A stretch of DNA of 42,528 nt from Arcobacter sp. (lineage in GTDB: Bacteria > Campylobacterota > Campylobacteria > Campylobacterales > Arcobacteraceae), in the NCBI GenBank assembly GCA_965662175.1, contig CBFIGT010000008.1, positions 1-42,528 of the forward strand, given 5' to 3'. The notes below the pieces were generated by a model. It saw only the letters and a program-made list of their open reading frames with translations. It did no database searches and was not told where the DNA came from. The first letter of the stretch is position 1, and each line of letters opens with the position of its first letter. Both the position numbers and the translations under genes were made by a program. Shown here one piece after another: positions 10,216 through 20,237 of this stretch.

Positions 10216-11489
10216 TGGCAGTTGAACTAGTAAAAATTGTAAGTAAAAACTTTGACATTCCAGATTCTCACAAATTAGAAGTTGCTTTAAAACATGGAAG
10301 ATATTCATCTGTTGATAAAGCATTTTCTATGAAACCTGATGATATTACTGAAGAGGTTTGTAAAAGTGGACTTAGAGGAAAAGGTGGAGGAGGAGCTGCA
10401 TGTGGTCCTAAATGGAAACTTATGCCTCCTGTTGATGATAGACCTAGATACTTAATCTGTAATGGTGATGAATCAGAGCCAGGTACATTTAAAGATAGAC
10501 AAATTTTCCAATATGATCCGCACCTTTTAATTGAGGGTATTATTGATACTTGTTGGGCACTTCAAGCAAATGATGCATATATTTATATTAGAGGTGAATA
10601 TAAATTTTTTATTGACCAATTAAATAATGCTATTGATGAAGCTTATGAAGCAGGAATTATTGGACCAAAAGTTATGAATAAATATGACTTTAGAGTTGAT
10701 ATTACAGTTCATAGAGGTGGTGGAGCATATATTTGTGGTGAAAAATCTGCACTTATTGAATCAATTGAGGGTAAAAGAGGACATCCAAGACTAAAACCAC
10801 ATGGTAAAGAGTGTGAGTGGTTCTATGATATGCCTGCAACTGTAAACAATGTTGAAACAATTGCATCTGTTCCTAATATTGTTGAAAATGGTTATGAATC
10901 ATATACTAAGTGGGGAACCCAAAAAGCTCCTGGAACTATGCTATTTGCAATGAGTGGACCTGTAAAAAATCCAGGTGTTTATGAGTTACAATATGGTGAA
11001 AAAATGACTGATGTTATCAATGAAATTGGTGGCGGAATGAAAGATGGTTTAAAACTTAAAGCTGTTATTCCAGGTGGAGCATCTTGTCCTATCTTAACAG
11101 CCGAAGAAGTTGAAAAAGCATACTTAGATTATGAAACTATGTGGGATATTGGTTCAACACTTGGAACTGGTGGAATGATGATTATTCCTGAGGGTGTTTC
11201 AATGGTTGATGTGGCTAAAAACTTAATAGAGTTTTATCACCATGAATCATGTGGACAATGTACACCTTGTAGAGAGGGAACAGGTTGGATTGATAAAATC
11301 TTAAGAGATTTAATTGAAGGTCTAGGAAAAGAGGAAGATTTACAAACTATTCTTGATGTTTGTGAAACTATGAATGGAAAAACTGTATGTGTATTTGCAC
11401 CTGCGGTTAAAGATATTATTAAAAGTATAGTTCAAAAATATAGACATGAATTTGTTGAACTACTTGAATCAAATGTAAATAAAATATAA
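10215..11489 (+). CDS. nuoF: Complex I flavoprotein subunit F (FMN, N3 cluster) with an atypical nucleotide pocket
   Basis: SGLRGKGGGG, CNGDESEPGTFKDR, YICGE, NNVET, ESCGQCTPCREG...C. Confidence 0.93.
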   Translation: MAVELVKIVSKNFDIPDSHKLEVALKHGRYSSVDKAFSMKPDDITEEVCKSGLRGKGGGGAACGPKWKLMPPVDDRPRYLICNGDESEPGTFKDRQIFQYDPHLLIEGIIDTCWALQANDAYIYIRGEYKFFIDQLNNAIDEAYEAGIIGPKVMNKYDFRVDITVHRGGGAYICGEKSALIESIEGKRGHPRLKPHGKECEWFYDMPATVNNVETIASVPNIVENGYESYTKWGTQKAPGTMLFAMSGPVKNPGVYELQYGEKMTDVINEIGGGMKDGLKLKAVIPGGASCPILTAEEVEKAYLDYETMWDIGSTLGTGGMMIIPEGVSMVDVAKNLIEFYHHESCGQCTPCREGTGWIDKILRDLIEGLGKEEDLQTILDVCETMNGKTVCVFAPAVKDIIKSIVQKYRHEFVELLESNVNKI

Positions 11490-11502
11490 GGAGTAATTAC
11501 AC

Positions 11503-12789
11503 ATGGCAAAGAACACATTTACATTAACAGACAATAGAAATGGTAAGAGTTATGAATACAATATTATAGATGGGACAAGAGGACCTAGCGTTGTAGATAT
11601 TAGAACTTTCTACAAAGACTCAGGTATGTTTACTTATGACCCAGGATATACATCAACAGCTTCTTGTGATTCAAAAATCACATTTATTGATGGTGAAAAT
11701 TCTGAGCTTAGATATAGAGGAATTGATATTGCTGACTTAGCTGGTAAACACTCTTTTCTTGATGTTTCTTATTTATTAATGAGAGGTCAATTACCAACTG
11801 AACAAGCTTCTAAAAACTTTGACTTAGAGATTAGACATAGATCATTCTTAAACGAAGGTATTATTAGATTATTTGATGCTTTACCAGATGGTGCTCACCC
11901 AATGGCAACAATGGGAGCTGCAACTATGGCTCTAGCTGCATTTTATAAAGACCACTTACATTTAGAAGATGAAGAAGCTTTCAAAATGATGAGAAGAAGA
12001 ATCTTAGCTAAAATGCCTGTAATTGCTGCAATGGCTTATAGAAACTCTATTGGTACACCACTTATTTATCCAGATGTAGATAAATATTTCACTGAAAACT
12101 TCTTATATATGCTAAGAGCTTATCCAGGTGGAAAAATGAAATATCTTGGAAATGGAAAAAGTGATGAGATTAGACAAATCGAAGTTGAGGCTTTAGATGC
12201 TATTTTTACTCTACATGCTGACCATGAACAAAATGCTTCTACTACAACTGTAAGAAATGTTGGTTCAACTGAAGCTCACCCTTATGTTGCTATGGCTTCT
12301 GGTATTGCAGCCCTTTGGGGTTCAGCTCACGGTGGTGCTAATGAAAAAGTTATGGATCAATTAAAACTAATTGGTGATGTTAAAAATGTACCTACTTATA
12401 TTGCAAAAGCTAAAGACAAAAATGATCCATTTAGATTAATGGGATTTGGACATAGAGTTTATAAAAATAGAGACCCAAGAGCTGAAAGCTTAAAAAAATT
12501 ACAAGATCAACTAAGAGTAGAGTTAAATCTTGATTCTAAACTTCTTGATATAGCAGCTGCTGTTGAAGAGGCTGCATTAAATGATGATTATTTCAAACAA
12601 AGAGGATTATATCCTAATATTGATTTCTATTCAGGTGTTATTTTAACAGCTCTTAGAATTCCAACTGCAATGTTTACACCAATCTTTGTTATTGGTAGAA
12701 CTCCAGGTTGGTTAGCACAATGGTCTGAGTTAAAACTAGATCCAACTGCTAAAATTGCAAGACCTAGACAGTTATATACTGGTAAATAA
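11503..12789 (+). CDS. gltA: Citrate synthase (type II-like)
   Basis: YDPGYTSTASC, HADHEQNAST, AHGGANE, MGFGHRVYK, PNIDFYSG and RPRQLY; catalytic His/His/Asp intact; AAGGAG RBS. Confidence 0.96.
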   Translation: MAKNTFTLTDNRNGKSYEYNIIDGTRGPSVVDIRTFYKDSGMFTYDPGYTSTASCDSKITFIDGENSELRYRGIDIADLAGKHSFLDVSYLLMRGQLPTEQASKNFDLEIRHRSFLNEGIIRLFDALPDGAHPMATMGAATMALAAFYKDHLHLEDEEAFKMMRRRILAKMPVIAAMAYRNSIGTPLIYPDVDKYFTENFLYMLRAYPGGKMKYLGNGKSDEIRQIEVEALDAIFTLHADHEQNASTTTVRNVGSTEAHPYVAMASGIAALWGSAHGGANEKVMDQLKLIGDVKNVPTYIAKAKDKNDPFRLMGFGHRVYKNRDPRAESLKKLQDQLRVELNLDSKLLDIAAAVEEAALNDDYFKQRGLYPNIDFYSGVILTALRIPTAMFTPIFVIGRTPGWLAQWSELKLDPTAKIARPRQLYTGK

Positions 12790-12818
12790 TTAAAAATTAA
12801 AAAGAGGGATATATAAAA

Positions 12819-14255
12819 ATGAGCGAGATGGTAAAACTGATAATCAATGATCAGGAGATGGAGGCCCAAAAAGGTAGCCTCTTAATTGATAAGTTATTAG
12901 ATGAAGATATTCATATTCCTCATTTTTGTTATCACAAAGCACTGGGAAAAGATGGAAACTGTAGAATGTGTATGGTTGAAATTGCAGGTCAAAAAAGACC
13001 TCAAATTGCTTGTGATACTCCTGTTAAAGAGGGTATGGTTGTAAGTACTGTTAGTGATAATATTAAAGCTGTAAGAAGAGATATTTTAGAACTTCAACTT
13101 ATAAATCACCCGATTGATTGTCCTACATGTGACCAAGCAGGAGAGTGTAAACTACAAGATTTTTACATGGAATCAGGTTTTTATGAATCTAGAGTTAATG
13201 TAGAAGAGAAAAATCACGCAAGAAAAAGAGAAGACTTAGGTGCTAATGTTATGTTAGACCAAGAGAGATGTGTTCTTTGTACGAGATGTGTTAGATTTTG
13301 TTCTGATATTACAGGAACAAATGAGTTAGGTGTTATTAATAGAGCTGATCATTCAGTTATTGGAACTTTTCCAGGACGACCTTTAAGCAACCCATATGCT
13401 ATGAATGTTGTTGATTTATGTCCGGTTGGAGCTTTAACATCTAAAGATTTCAGATTTAAACAAAGAGTTTGGTTTATGGAAACATTTAATGCTATTTGTA
13501 ATGGTTGTTCAAAAGGTTGTAATATCTTTGTTGACCATAGAAAAGAGAAGTATGAAGATGACAAAATTTTCAGATTCAGACCAAGACTTAATGCTGAAGT
13601 AAACGGCTATTTCATGTGTGATTACGGTAGGTTATCTTATAAAAATGAAGAAGAAAATAGATTTGAGACAGCATTAATTGATAATAAAACATCAAACACA
13701 GATAATGCAATAGCACAACTTTTTAATGAAGTTATAAAAAACAATAATGCACTTTTTTTAGTTGGACCTAACTTATGTTTAGAAGAGATGCAAAATGTAA
13801 AAGCATTTGCACAAGCTTCAAAAGCAAATGTATCAGGATACTCTCCTCAATATATTGATGAAACATTTGGAGATGATTATTTAAAAAGAAATGATAAATC
13901 ATCAAATAGAGCATCTTTTAAAGAGCTTGGAATATCTGAAGATGAAACAGAGTTTAAAGAGAATTTTGAGAAGGCATCATTAGTTGTAATTTTTGATAAC
14001 AACTATTTTGATAATAATTTAGAGTTATTATCAGGTAAAAAAGTAATCTCATGTTTTTCAAATAATACAAAAACAATAGAAAAATCTGATATAGCTATTC
14101 CTATATCATCATTTTATGAAAAAAGTGGTACTTACATAAATGAAGATGGAATAAAACAAAAGGTTGTTTCAGGAATGAATAGAGACAATCAAGCAAAAAC
14201 AATATCATCAATAGTTGAAACTATTAAAAGCATGATTGAAAAAGGAAATATATGA
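12819..14255 (+). CDS. nuoG: NADH-quinone oxidoreductase subunit G, short form (478 aa)
   Basis: HFCYH/GNCRMC/IAC (N1b), HPIDCPTCDQAGEC (N5), CVLCTRC...CPVGAL (N4), CNGCSKGC...C (N7). Confidence 0.9.
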   Translation: MSEMVKLIINDQEMEAQKGSLLIDKLLDEDIHIPHFCYHKALGKDGNCRMCMVEIAGQKRPQIACDTPVKEGMVVSTVSDNIKAVRRDILELQLINHPIDCPTCDQAGECKLQDFYMESGFYESRVNVEEKNHARKREDLGANVMLDQERCVLCTRCVRFCSDITGTNELGVINRADHSVIGTFPGRPLSNPYAMNVVDLCPVGALTSKDFRFKQRVWFMETFNAICNGCSKGCNIFVDHRKEKYEDDKIFRFRPRLNAEVNGYFMCDYGRLSYKNEEENRFETALIDNKTSNTDNAIAQLFNEVIKNNNALFLVGPNLCLEEMQNVKAFAQASKANVSGYSPQYIDETFGDDYLKRNDKSSNRASFKELGISEDETEFKENFEKASLVVIFDNNYFDNNLELLSGKKVISCFSNNTKTIEKSDIAIPISSFYEKSGTYINEDGIKQKVVSGMNRDNQAKTISSIVETIKSMIEKGNI

Positions 14256-15535
14256 GTACAGCATCAATAGTTGTTATTATAGTAAATATACTTTTAGCTG
14301 TAGTACTAGCAGTTGGTCTAACACCTATATTTGTTTGGTGGGAGAGAAGAATTGCTGGATTTATTCAAGATAGAACAGGTCCAAATAGATGTAGTATTGG
14401 GCCTATGAGACTTGGTGGTTTAATCCAAAGTATTGCAGATATGTTAAAACTTGTATTTAAAGAGGATTTTACTCCCTCTCATATTAAATACACTTTCTTC
14501 TTTACAATTGCTCCAGCAATTGTATTCATATGTTATTTTATGACATTTGCTGTTATTCCATTTGCTGATAATATAGTAATAGATGGTGAGTCTTATGCTA
14601 TGCAAGCCTTACCTATGCAACTTGGGATTATGTGGTTTCTAGCATATGCAGGTTTATCTGTTTATGGAATCATTTTAGGTGGATATGCTTCTGGAAGTAA
14701 ATATGGACTTTTAGGTGCTATTAGAGCATCTGCACAGGTTATCTCATATGAAGCTGCTATGGCATTAGCACTTATTTCAATGCTTTTAACTTATGGTTCA
14801 ATTCATTTAAATGAAATTGTTCAAGCACAAAATGGCGTTTTCTTTGGTGTAATTCCTGCATGGGGAGCATTTATGCAACCACTTGCTGCAATTATATTTA
14901 TAGTTTGTGCATTCGCTGAAACAAATAGAACACCTTTTGATATTGCTGAGGGTGAATCTGAAATTGTTGCTGGTTATCACACTGAGTATTCAGCTATGAG
15001 ATTTGGTCTTTTCCAAGTATCTGAGTTTGCTGCAATGGCAGGTGCTAGTGCAATTATTGTAACACTATTTTTTGGTGGATATACAATTCCTTGGTTAGAT
15101 ACACAAACACTAAAAGCGAATATGGATATTGTTATTATTGTTTTAATGGCTTTATTACCAATTAAAATATTTGTACTTACTAAATGGATTAAGAAAAATA
15201 ATACTTGGAAAAATCCTGATGATATTAGAGCAAAAGAAACAGGAATTTTAGTAAAAGCTTTCTGGACTATTGGTGTTATTTCATTTTTAGCTTTAGGTGC
15301 AATAATGGCTACAGGATTAAGTGAAAATGGTTCAAGTATTGCAGTTGCTGTTATTCAAGTAACTACATTCTTAGTTAAATTTTTCTTAATGGTAATTGTA
15401 TTTATGTGGATTAGATGGACACTATTAAGATTTAGATATGACCAACTGCAAATGTTAGGATGGAAAGTGTTATTACCTCTTGCACTATTAAACATCATTA
15501 TAACTGCAACAGTAATAGTATACACAGGAATATAA
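14252..15535 (+). CDS. nuoH: NADH-quinone oxidoreductase subunit H, long form
   Basis: ERRIAGFIQDRTGPNR, QVISYE, AETNRTPFDIAEGESEIVAG, RFRYDQL. Confidence 0.95.
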   Translation: MSTASIVVIIVNILLAVVLAVGLTPIFVWWERRIAGFIQDRTGPNRCSIGPMRLGGLIQSIADMLKLVFKEDFTPSHIKYTFFFTIAPAIVFICYFMTFAVIPFADNIVIDGESYAMQALPMQLGIMWFLAYAGLSVYGIILGGYASGSKYGLLGAIRASAQVISYEAAMALALISMLLTYGSIHLNEIVQAQNGVFFGVIPAWGAFMQPLAAIIFIVCAFAETNRTPFDIAEGESEIVAGYHTEYSAMRFGLFQVSEFAAMAGASAIIVTLFFGGYTIPWLDTQTLKANMDIVIIVLMALLPIKIFVLTKWIKKNNTWKNPDDIRAKETGILVKAFWTIGVISFLALGAIMATGLSENGSSIAVAVIQVTTFLVKFFLMVIVFMWIRWTLLRFRYDQLQMLGWKVLLPLALLNIIITATVIVYTGI

Positions 15536-15536
15536 T

Positions 15537-16049
15537 ATGGGAATTAAAATTATAAAAAGACAGGGTCAAAGTTTTAAAGACAAACTTTACTTACCAGCTA
15601 TTATTGGTGGTATGAAGACAACTATGGGTCATTTTACAAAGAACTTAAAAGACAACTCAAACTTAAGAACTATGCAATATCCAGAGGTTCAACCAACAGA
15701 TGTTGCAACTAATGAGAGATATAGAGGTGTTCATAGACTTACTAAATGGGAAGATGAGAGTGAAAAGTGTGTTGCATGTTATATGTGTGCAACAGCTTGT
15801 CCTGCTCAATGTATCTTTATAGATGCTGAAGAGAGATTTGATGGAAAAGCTGAAAAAAGACCAAGTGAGTTCAAAATAGACCTTTTAGAGTGTGTTTATT
15901 GTGGTTATTGTGTTGAAGCATGTCCATGTGATGCAATTAGAATGGATACAGGTATTTTTTCTTTTACAGGAAGCTCAAGAGAAGAGTTTTTTGTTGATAA
16001 AAAATATTTAATGAATAACGAAAGATCAAAGGATTTACCAAATGGTTGA
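15537..16049 (+). CDS. nuoI: NADH-quinone oxidoreductase subunit I
   Basis: RYRGVH and two CxxCxxCxxxCP ferredoxin motifs. Confidence 0.95.
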   Translation: MGIKIIKRQGQSFKDKLYLPAIIGGMKTTMGHFTKNLKDNSNLRTMQYPEVQPTDVATNERYRGVHRLTKWEDESEKCVACYMCATACPAQCIFIDAEERFDGKAEKRPSEFKIDLLECVYCGYCVEACPCDAIRMDTGIFSFTGSSREEFFVDKKYLMNNERSKDLPNG

Positions 16050-16557
16050 TATTTTATTTATTGGTTTAAGCTTTATGGCAATAGCAGGTGGTATTGTTAT
16101 GCTTACACATAGACAACCTATGTATGCGGCACTAGGACTTTTAATTTCAATTTTGGCAGTTTCTGGTCTTTTTGCACTTTTAAGTGCTACTTTTCTTTTC
16201 ATGGTTCAAATAATAGTGTATGCGGGTGCAATTATGACTCTTTTACTATTTATTTTAATGTTCTTAAATATTGATGAACATGATTTACCTCAAGAAGATA
16301 ATAAATTAAGAAACATAATTTGGGGTGCAATTATAATGTTACCTTTAAATGTGGTTATCTTAAAAGCTGTATCTGCTTTACCTGAAAAAGATATGAGTAT
16401 AGTAGAGACTAACTTTGGAGGAATCAAAGAAGTTGGGATGCTATTATATGAAAACTGGCTAATCTCTTTTGAGCTTATCTCAATTTTATTATTAGTTGCA
16501 TTAGTTGGTGCTGTTGTATTAGCTAAAAGAAAAAAACCTAGAGGAACTGAATCATGA
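16042..16557 (+). CDS. nuoJ: NADH-quinone oxidoreductase subunit J
   Basis: QIIVYAGAIMTLLLF, FELISILLLVALVGA; position in the operon. Confidence 0.93.
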   Translation: MVDILFIGLSFMAIAGGIVMLTHRQPMYAALGLLISILAVSGLFALLSATFLFMVQIIVYAGAIMTLLLFILMFLNIDEHDLPQEDNKLRNIIWGAIIMLPLNVVILKAVSALPEKDMSIVETNFGGIKEVGMLLYENWLISFELISILLLVALVGAVVLAKRKKPRGTES

Positions 16558-16865
16558 TATCACTAACATCATATGCATTTGTTTCGATGATGCTTTTTTC
16601 AATTGGTGTAATTGGAGTTGTTGCAAGACGAAATATTTTTGTAATATATATGTCAATTGAATTAATGTTAAACGGAATTAACCTATTTTTAGTTACATTT
16701 GCTAGATACCATTTTAATATGGACCCGCAAGTTATAACGATTATGGTTATAGCAATTGCTGCTGCTGAAGCTGCAATCTTCTTATCAGTAATTATTCTAC
16801 TATTTAGAACTAAAAAATCTTTAGATACTGATATTTTTACAGCACTAAAACAAGGAGATAAATAA
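16554..16865 (+). CDS. nuoK: NADH-quinone oxidoreductase subunit K
   Basis: RRN, SIELMLNG, AAAEAA. Confidence 0.95.
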   Translation: MISLTSYAFVSMMLFSIGVIGVVARRNIFVIYMSIELMLNGINLFLVTFARYHFNMDPQVITIMVIAIAAAEAAIFLSVIILLFRTKKSLDTDIFTALKQGDK

Positions 16866-18754
16866 TGCATACAAATTTACTAGTATGGATAATATTAGCT
16901 CCTCTAATTGGTGCTATATTAAATGGTGGTTTTTACTTTTATAATATTAAAAAAAGAAAACTTTCACAAAAAGTTTTCTCTATTATTGGTACAGTAACTC
17001 CTATTGTTGCTTTTATTTTTACTTTAATTATCTTTTTAGATATGGTAAAAACAGGTGCAACATTTCAACAAAATATTTTTACTTGGTTACAAGTTGATCA
17101 ATTAACTATTGAGATGAAACTTTTAGGTGATAATCTTTCTATATTTATGGCAATGTTTGTTACTTTTGTTGGTTCATTAATTCATATTTATGCTGTTGGA
17201 TATATGGATAAAGATGAAGGTTTTGGTAAATTCTTCGCTTATTTTAATCTATTCTTAGCTTCAATGTTAATTTTAGTTTTAGCTGATAATCCAATTATTC
17301 TTTTCATTGGTTGGGAAGGTGTTGGTGTTTGTTCTTACCTTTTAATTAAGTTCTATTATGGTTCTGAAGAGAATGTATTAGCTGCAAACAAAGCATTTAT
17401 TGTAAATAGAGTTGGTGACTTTGGATTTATCTTAGGTGTTATTACTCTATTCTTTGCAATTGGACAAGGTAATTTATCATTTGATTCAATTGAAGCAAAC
17501 TTAGGTAATGCATCAAATGGATTACTTGTATTATCAGGTTTCTTATTATTTGTTGGAGCAATGGGTAAATCAGCTCAGATTCCATTATATACATGGCTTC
17601 CTGATGCGATGGCAGGACCTACTCCAATTTCAGCTCTAATTCACGCTGCTACAATGGTAACAGCTGGTGTTTATATGGTTGCTAGATTTCATTTCTTATA
17701 TGTTGATATTGAGGGAATTGGAATATTTATAGCTTATATTGGTGCATTTTCAGCACTATTAGCTGCAATTATTGCAACTAAGCAACAAGATATTAAAAAA
17801 ATTCTTGCTTATTCAACTATGAGTCAGTTAGGATATATGTTTATAGGTGTTGGTTTAGGTTTTTATTCAACTGGACTTTTCCACGTATTTACACATGCAT
17901 TCTTTAAAGCTATGCTTTTCATGGCAGCAGGTGGTATGATTATAGCACTTCACCATGAGCAAAATATATTTAAAATGGCACAACATAGAGTTCAAACTCC
18001 AATTATCGCATTTTGTATGTTAGTTGGTGTTATAGCAATTTCAGGTATTCCTCCATTTTCAGGTTTCTTTTCTAAAGATGCTATTTTAGCAGCAGCTTTC
18101 CAAGAGGGACAATATATTCTTTGGGGAATAGGAATGTTTACAGCCTTTTTAACAGCATTTTATATGTTTAGATTATATTTCATTCTTTTTGTAGCTCCAA
18201 ACAAGCACACAGGTACAGAGTATGTTTATACATCAAAAACAATAACTATTCCTTTATTAGTATTAGCTGTTGGTGCAATTGGTGCTGGTTTCTTAAACCT
18301 TCCAACTGTTTTAGGTGGTCACCACTTAGTTGATACTTGGTTAGCACAGTTAAACTCTAAACATATCCATATGAGTCATACTATGGAGTATGTATTAATG
18401 GCATTATCAGTTATAGTAGCAGCTGCTGGTATAGGTGCTGCTTATAACAAATATGCACACTATGATGTATATAAGCCTGAAAGTGAAGAGGGTACTATTG
18501 CAAACAAATTCTATGTTGATGAAATCTATAATGCGGTATTTGTACAAAGTACTAAAAAAATATCAGTGTTTATTGATAAGTTCTTAGATGAAAGATTAAT
18601 TGATAAATTCATCATGGAAGGGTGTAAACAGTTTATCGGAATTGGTAAATTAGTTGGTTTACTTCAAAACGCAAATGTGAGATTTTATGGGCTATTTATG
18701 TTATTAGGTATTAGTTCAATCTTTATATATTTATATATTTCTTTAGGATTGTAA
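16865..18754 (+). CDS. nuoL: NADH-quinone oxidoreductase subunit L
   Basis: GWEGVG, NRVGD, GKSAQIPLYTWLPDAMAGPTP, HAATMVTAG, HAFFKA. Confidence 0.96.
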   Translation: MHTNLLVWIILAPLIGAILNGGFYFYNIKKRKLSQKVFSIIGTVTPIVAFIFTLIIFLDMVKTGATFQQNIFTWLQVDQLTIEMKLLGDNLSIFMAMFVTFVGSLIHIYAVGYMDKDEGFGKFFAYFNLFLASMLILVLADNPIILFIGWEGVGVCSYLLIKFYYGSEENVLAANKAFIVNRVGDFGFILGVITLFFAIGQGNLSFDSIEANLGNASNGLLVLSGFLLFVGAMGKSAQIPLYTWLPDAMAGPTPISALIHAATMVTAGVYMVARFHFLYVDIEGIGIFIAYIGAFSALLAAIIATKQQDIKKILAYSTMSQLGYMFIGVGLGFYSTGLFHVFTHAFFKAMLFMAAGGMIIALHHEQNIFKMAQHRVQTPIIAFCMLVGVIAISGIPPFSGFFSKDAILAAAFQEGQYILWGIGMFTAFLTAFYMFRLYFILFVAPNKHTGTEYVYTSKTITIPLLVLAVGAIGAGFLNLPTVLGGHHLVDTWLAQLNSKHIHMSHTMEYVLMALSVIVAAAGIGAAYNKYAHYDVYKPESEEGTIANKFYVDEIYNAVFVQSTKKISVFIDKFLDERLIDKFIMEGCKQFIGIGKLVGLLQNANVRFYGLFMLLGISSIFIYLYISLGL

Positions 18755-18755
18755 T

Positions 18756-20237
18756 ATGAGTGCAGATATTTTATCATTTATTATATTTTTACCAGCGGTT
18801 ATTGCTTTTGGTTTAATGGTTACTACATCAAATGTAGAGTCAGTTAGAAACATTGCGTTTCTAACTACTACAGTTATTTTGGCATTAGTATTAAAAATCT
18901 ATATTGATTTTGAACCACAAGCTGGAATGCAATTTGTTACAAATGTACCTTGGATTGAAACATATGGTATTAACTACTATATTGGTGTTGATGGTTTCTC
19001 ACTAACTATTTTGATGTTAATTGCTATTTTAATTCCAACTGCTTATCTTCTATTATGGGAAGGTAGAACAAAAGGTTACTGGATTAATATGTTACTTGTA
19101 CAAACAGGTGTTACAGGTGCCCTATTATCTTTAGATGTAATTTTATTCTATTTCTTCTGGGAAGTTATGCTTTTACCGGTTTTCTTAATGATTGGTATAA
19201 ACGGTTTTGGAGACAAAGTATTTACAACAATTAAAGTAACTGTTTATACAATGGCTGGTTCATTATTAATGTTCTTAGGTATTTTATATCTTGGTGTTGC
19301 ATTTTTCAATGAGTTTGGTTTTTGGTCATTTCAATATACTGATTTTACAAAAATTACAACACTATCACATAAAGAACAAGTTTGGTTATTTATGACTTTT
19401 GTTATTGCATTTGGTATTAAAATTCCTATTTTCCCACTTCATACTTGGATTATGGATACATATAAAAATGCTCCAACAGGTGCTGTTTTCTTATTATCAT
19501 CAATTATGGCAAAACTAGGTGTTTATGCAATCGTTAGATTTATGATTCCTATTTTCCCTGATGTTTATGTTGAATACTCAACTTGGTTTGTATTTATTGG
19601 ATTATTTGGTCTTATTTACTTTGGTATTGCTGCACTTATGCAAGATGATATTAAAAGAATGTTTGCATATTCATCAGCATCTCACCTTTCATTTATAGCA
19701 GCTGGTATTTTCTCATTAAACTCTTATGGTATTAATGGGGCATTATATTTAATTATTGCCCATGCAATTGCAACAGGTGCTTTATTCTTACTTGTTGGTG
19801 TTTTACATGATGAGTCGAAATTTAAAACAATCTCTGATTTAGGTGGAATTGCTAAAAAAGCTCCTGTATTTACTTTCATTTTTGCAATAATGTTATTTGC
19901 AAATGTTGGATTACCAGGAACTAATGGTTTCGTATCAGAATTACTAATTATTTTTGGTATTTATGAATTTAATCATACCTTAGGTTATATCTCAGCACTT
20001 ACAGTTATTATTGGTGCTTCTTATATGTTATGGATGTTCCAAAGAGCTATTTTACAAGATAAACAAGGTGAGCAAAGAGAGATGAGAGACCTAAAAATTA
20101 AAGAGATTATTGGTTTAGCACCATGGGTAATTTTAGTATTCCTTATGGGTGTATATCCTGATCCTTTCATTGATAAGTTTGAGCCTACTGTAACTCACTT
20201 CTTAAATGATATATTAAAAATTGGAGCGATGAAATAA
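18756..20237 (+). CDS. nuoM: NADH-quinone oxidoreductase subunit M
   Basis: [37 protein letters not shown]. Confidence 0.96.
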   Translation: MSADILSFIIFLPAVIAFGLMVTTSNVESVRNIAFLTTTVILALVLKIYIDFEPQAGMQFVTNVPWIETYGINYYIGVDGFSLTILMLIAILIPTAYLLLWEGRTKGYWINMLLVQTGVTGALLSLDVILFYFFWEVMLLPVFLMIGINGFGDKVFTTIKVTVYTMAGSLLMFLGILYLGVAFFNEFGFWSFQYTDFTKITTLSHKEQVWLFMTFVIAFGIKIPIFPLHTWIMDTYKNAPTGAVFLLSSIMAKLGVYAIVRFMIPIFPDVYVEYSTWFVFIGLFGLIYFGIAALMQDDIKRMFAYSSASHLSFIAAGIFSLNSYGINGALYLIIAHAIATGALFLLVGVLHDESKFKTISDLGGIAKKAPVFTFIFAIMLFANVGLPGTNGFVSELLIIFGIYEFNHTLGYISALTVIIGASYMLWMFQRAILQDKQGEQREMRDLKIKEIIGLAPWVILVFLMGVYPDPFIDKFEPTVTHFLNDILKIGAMK

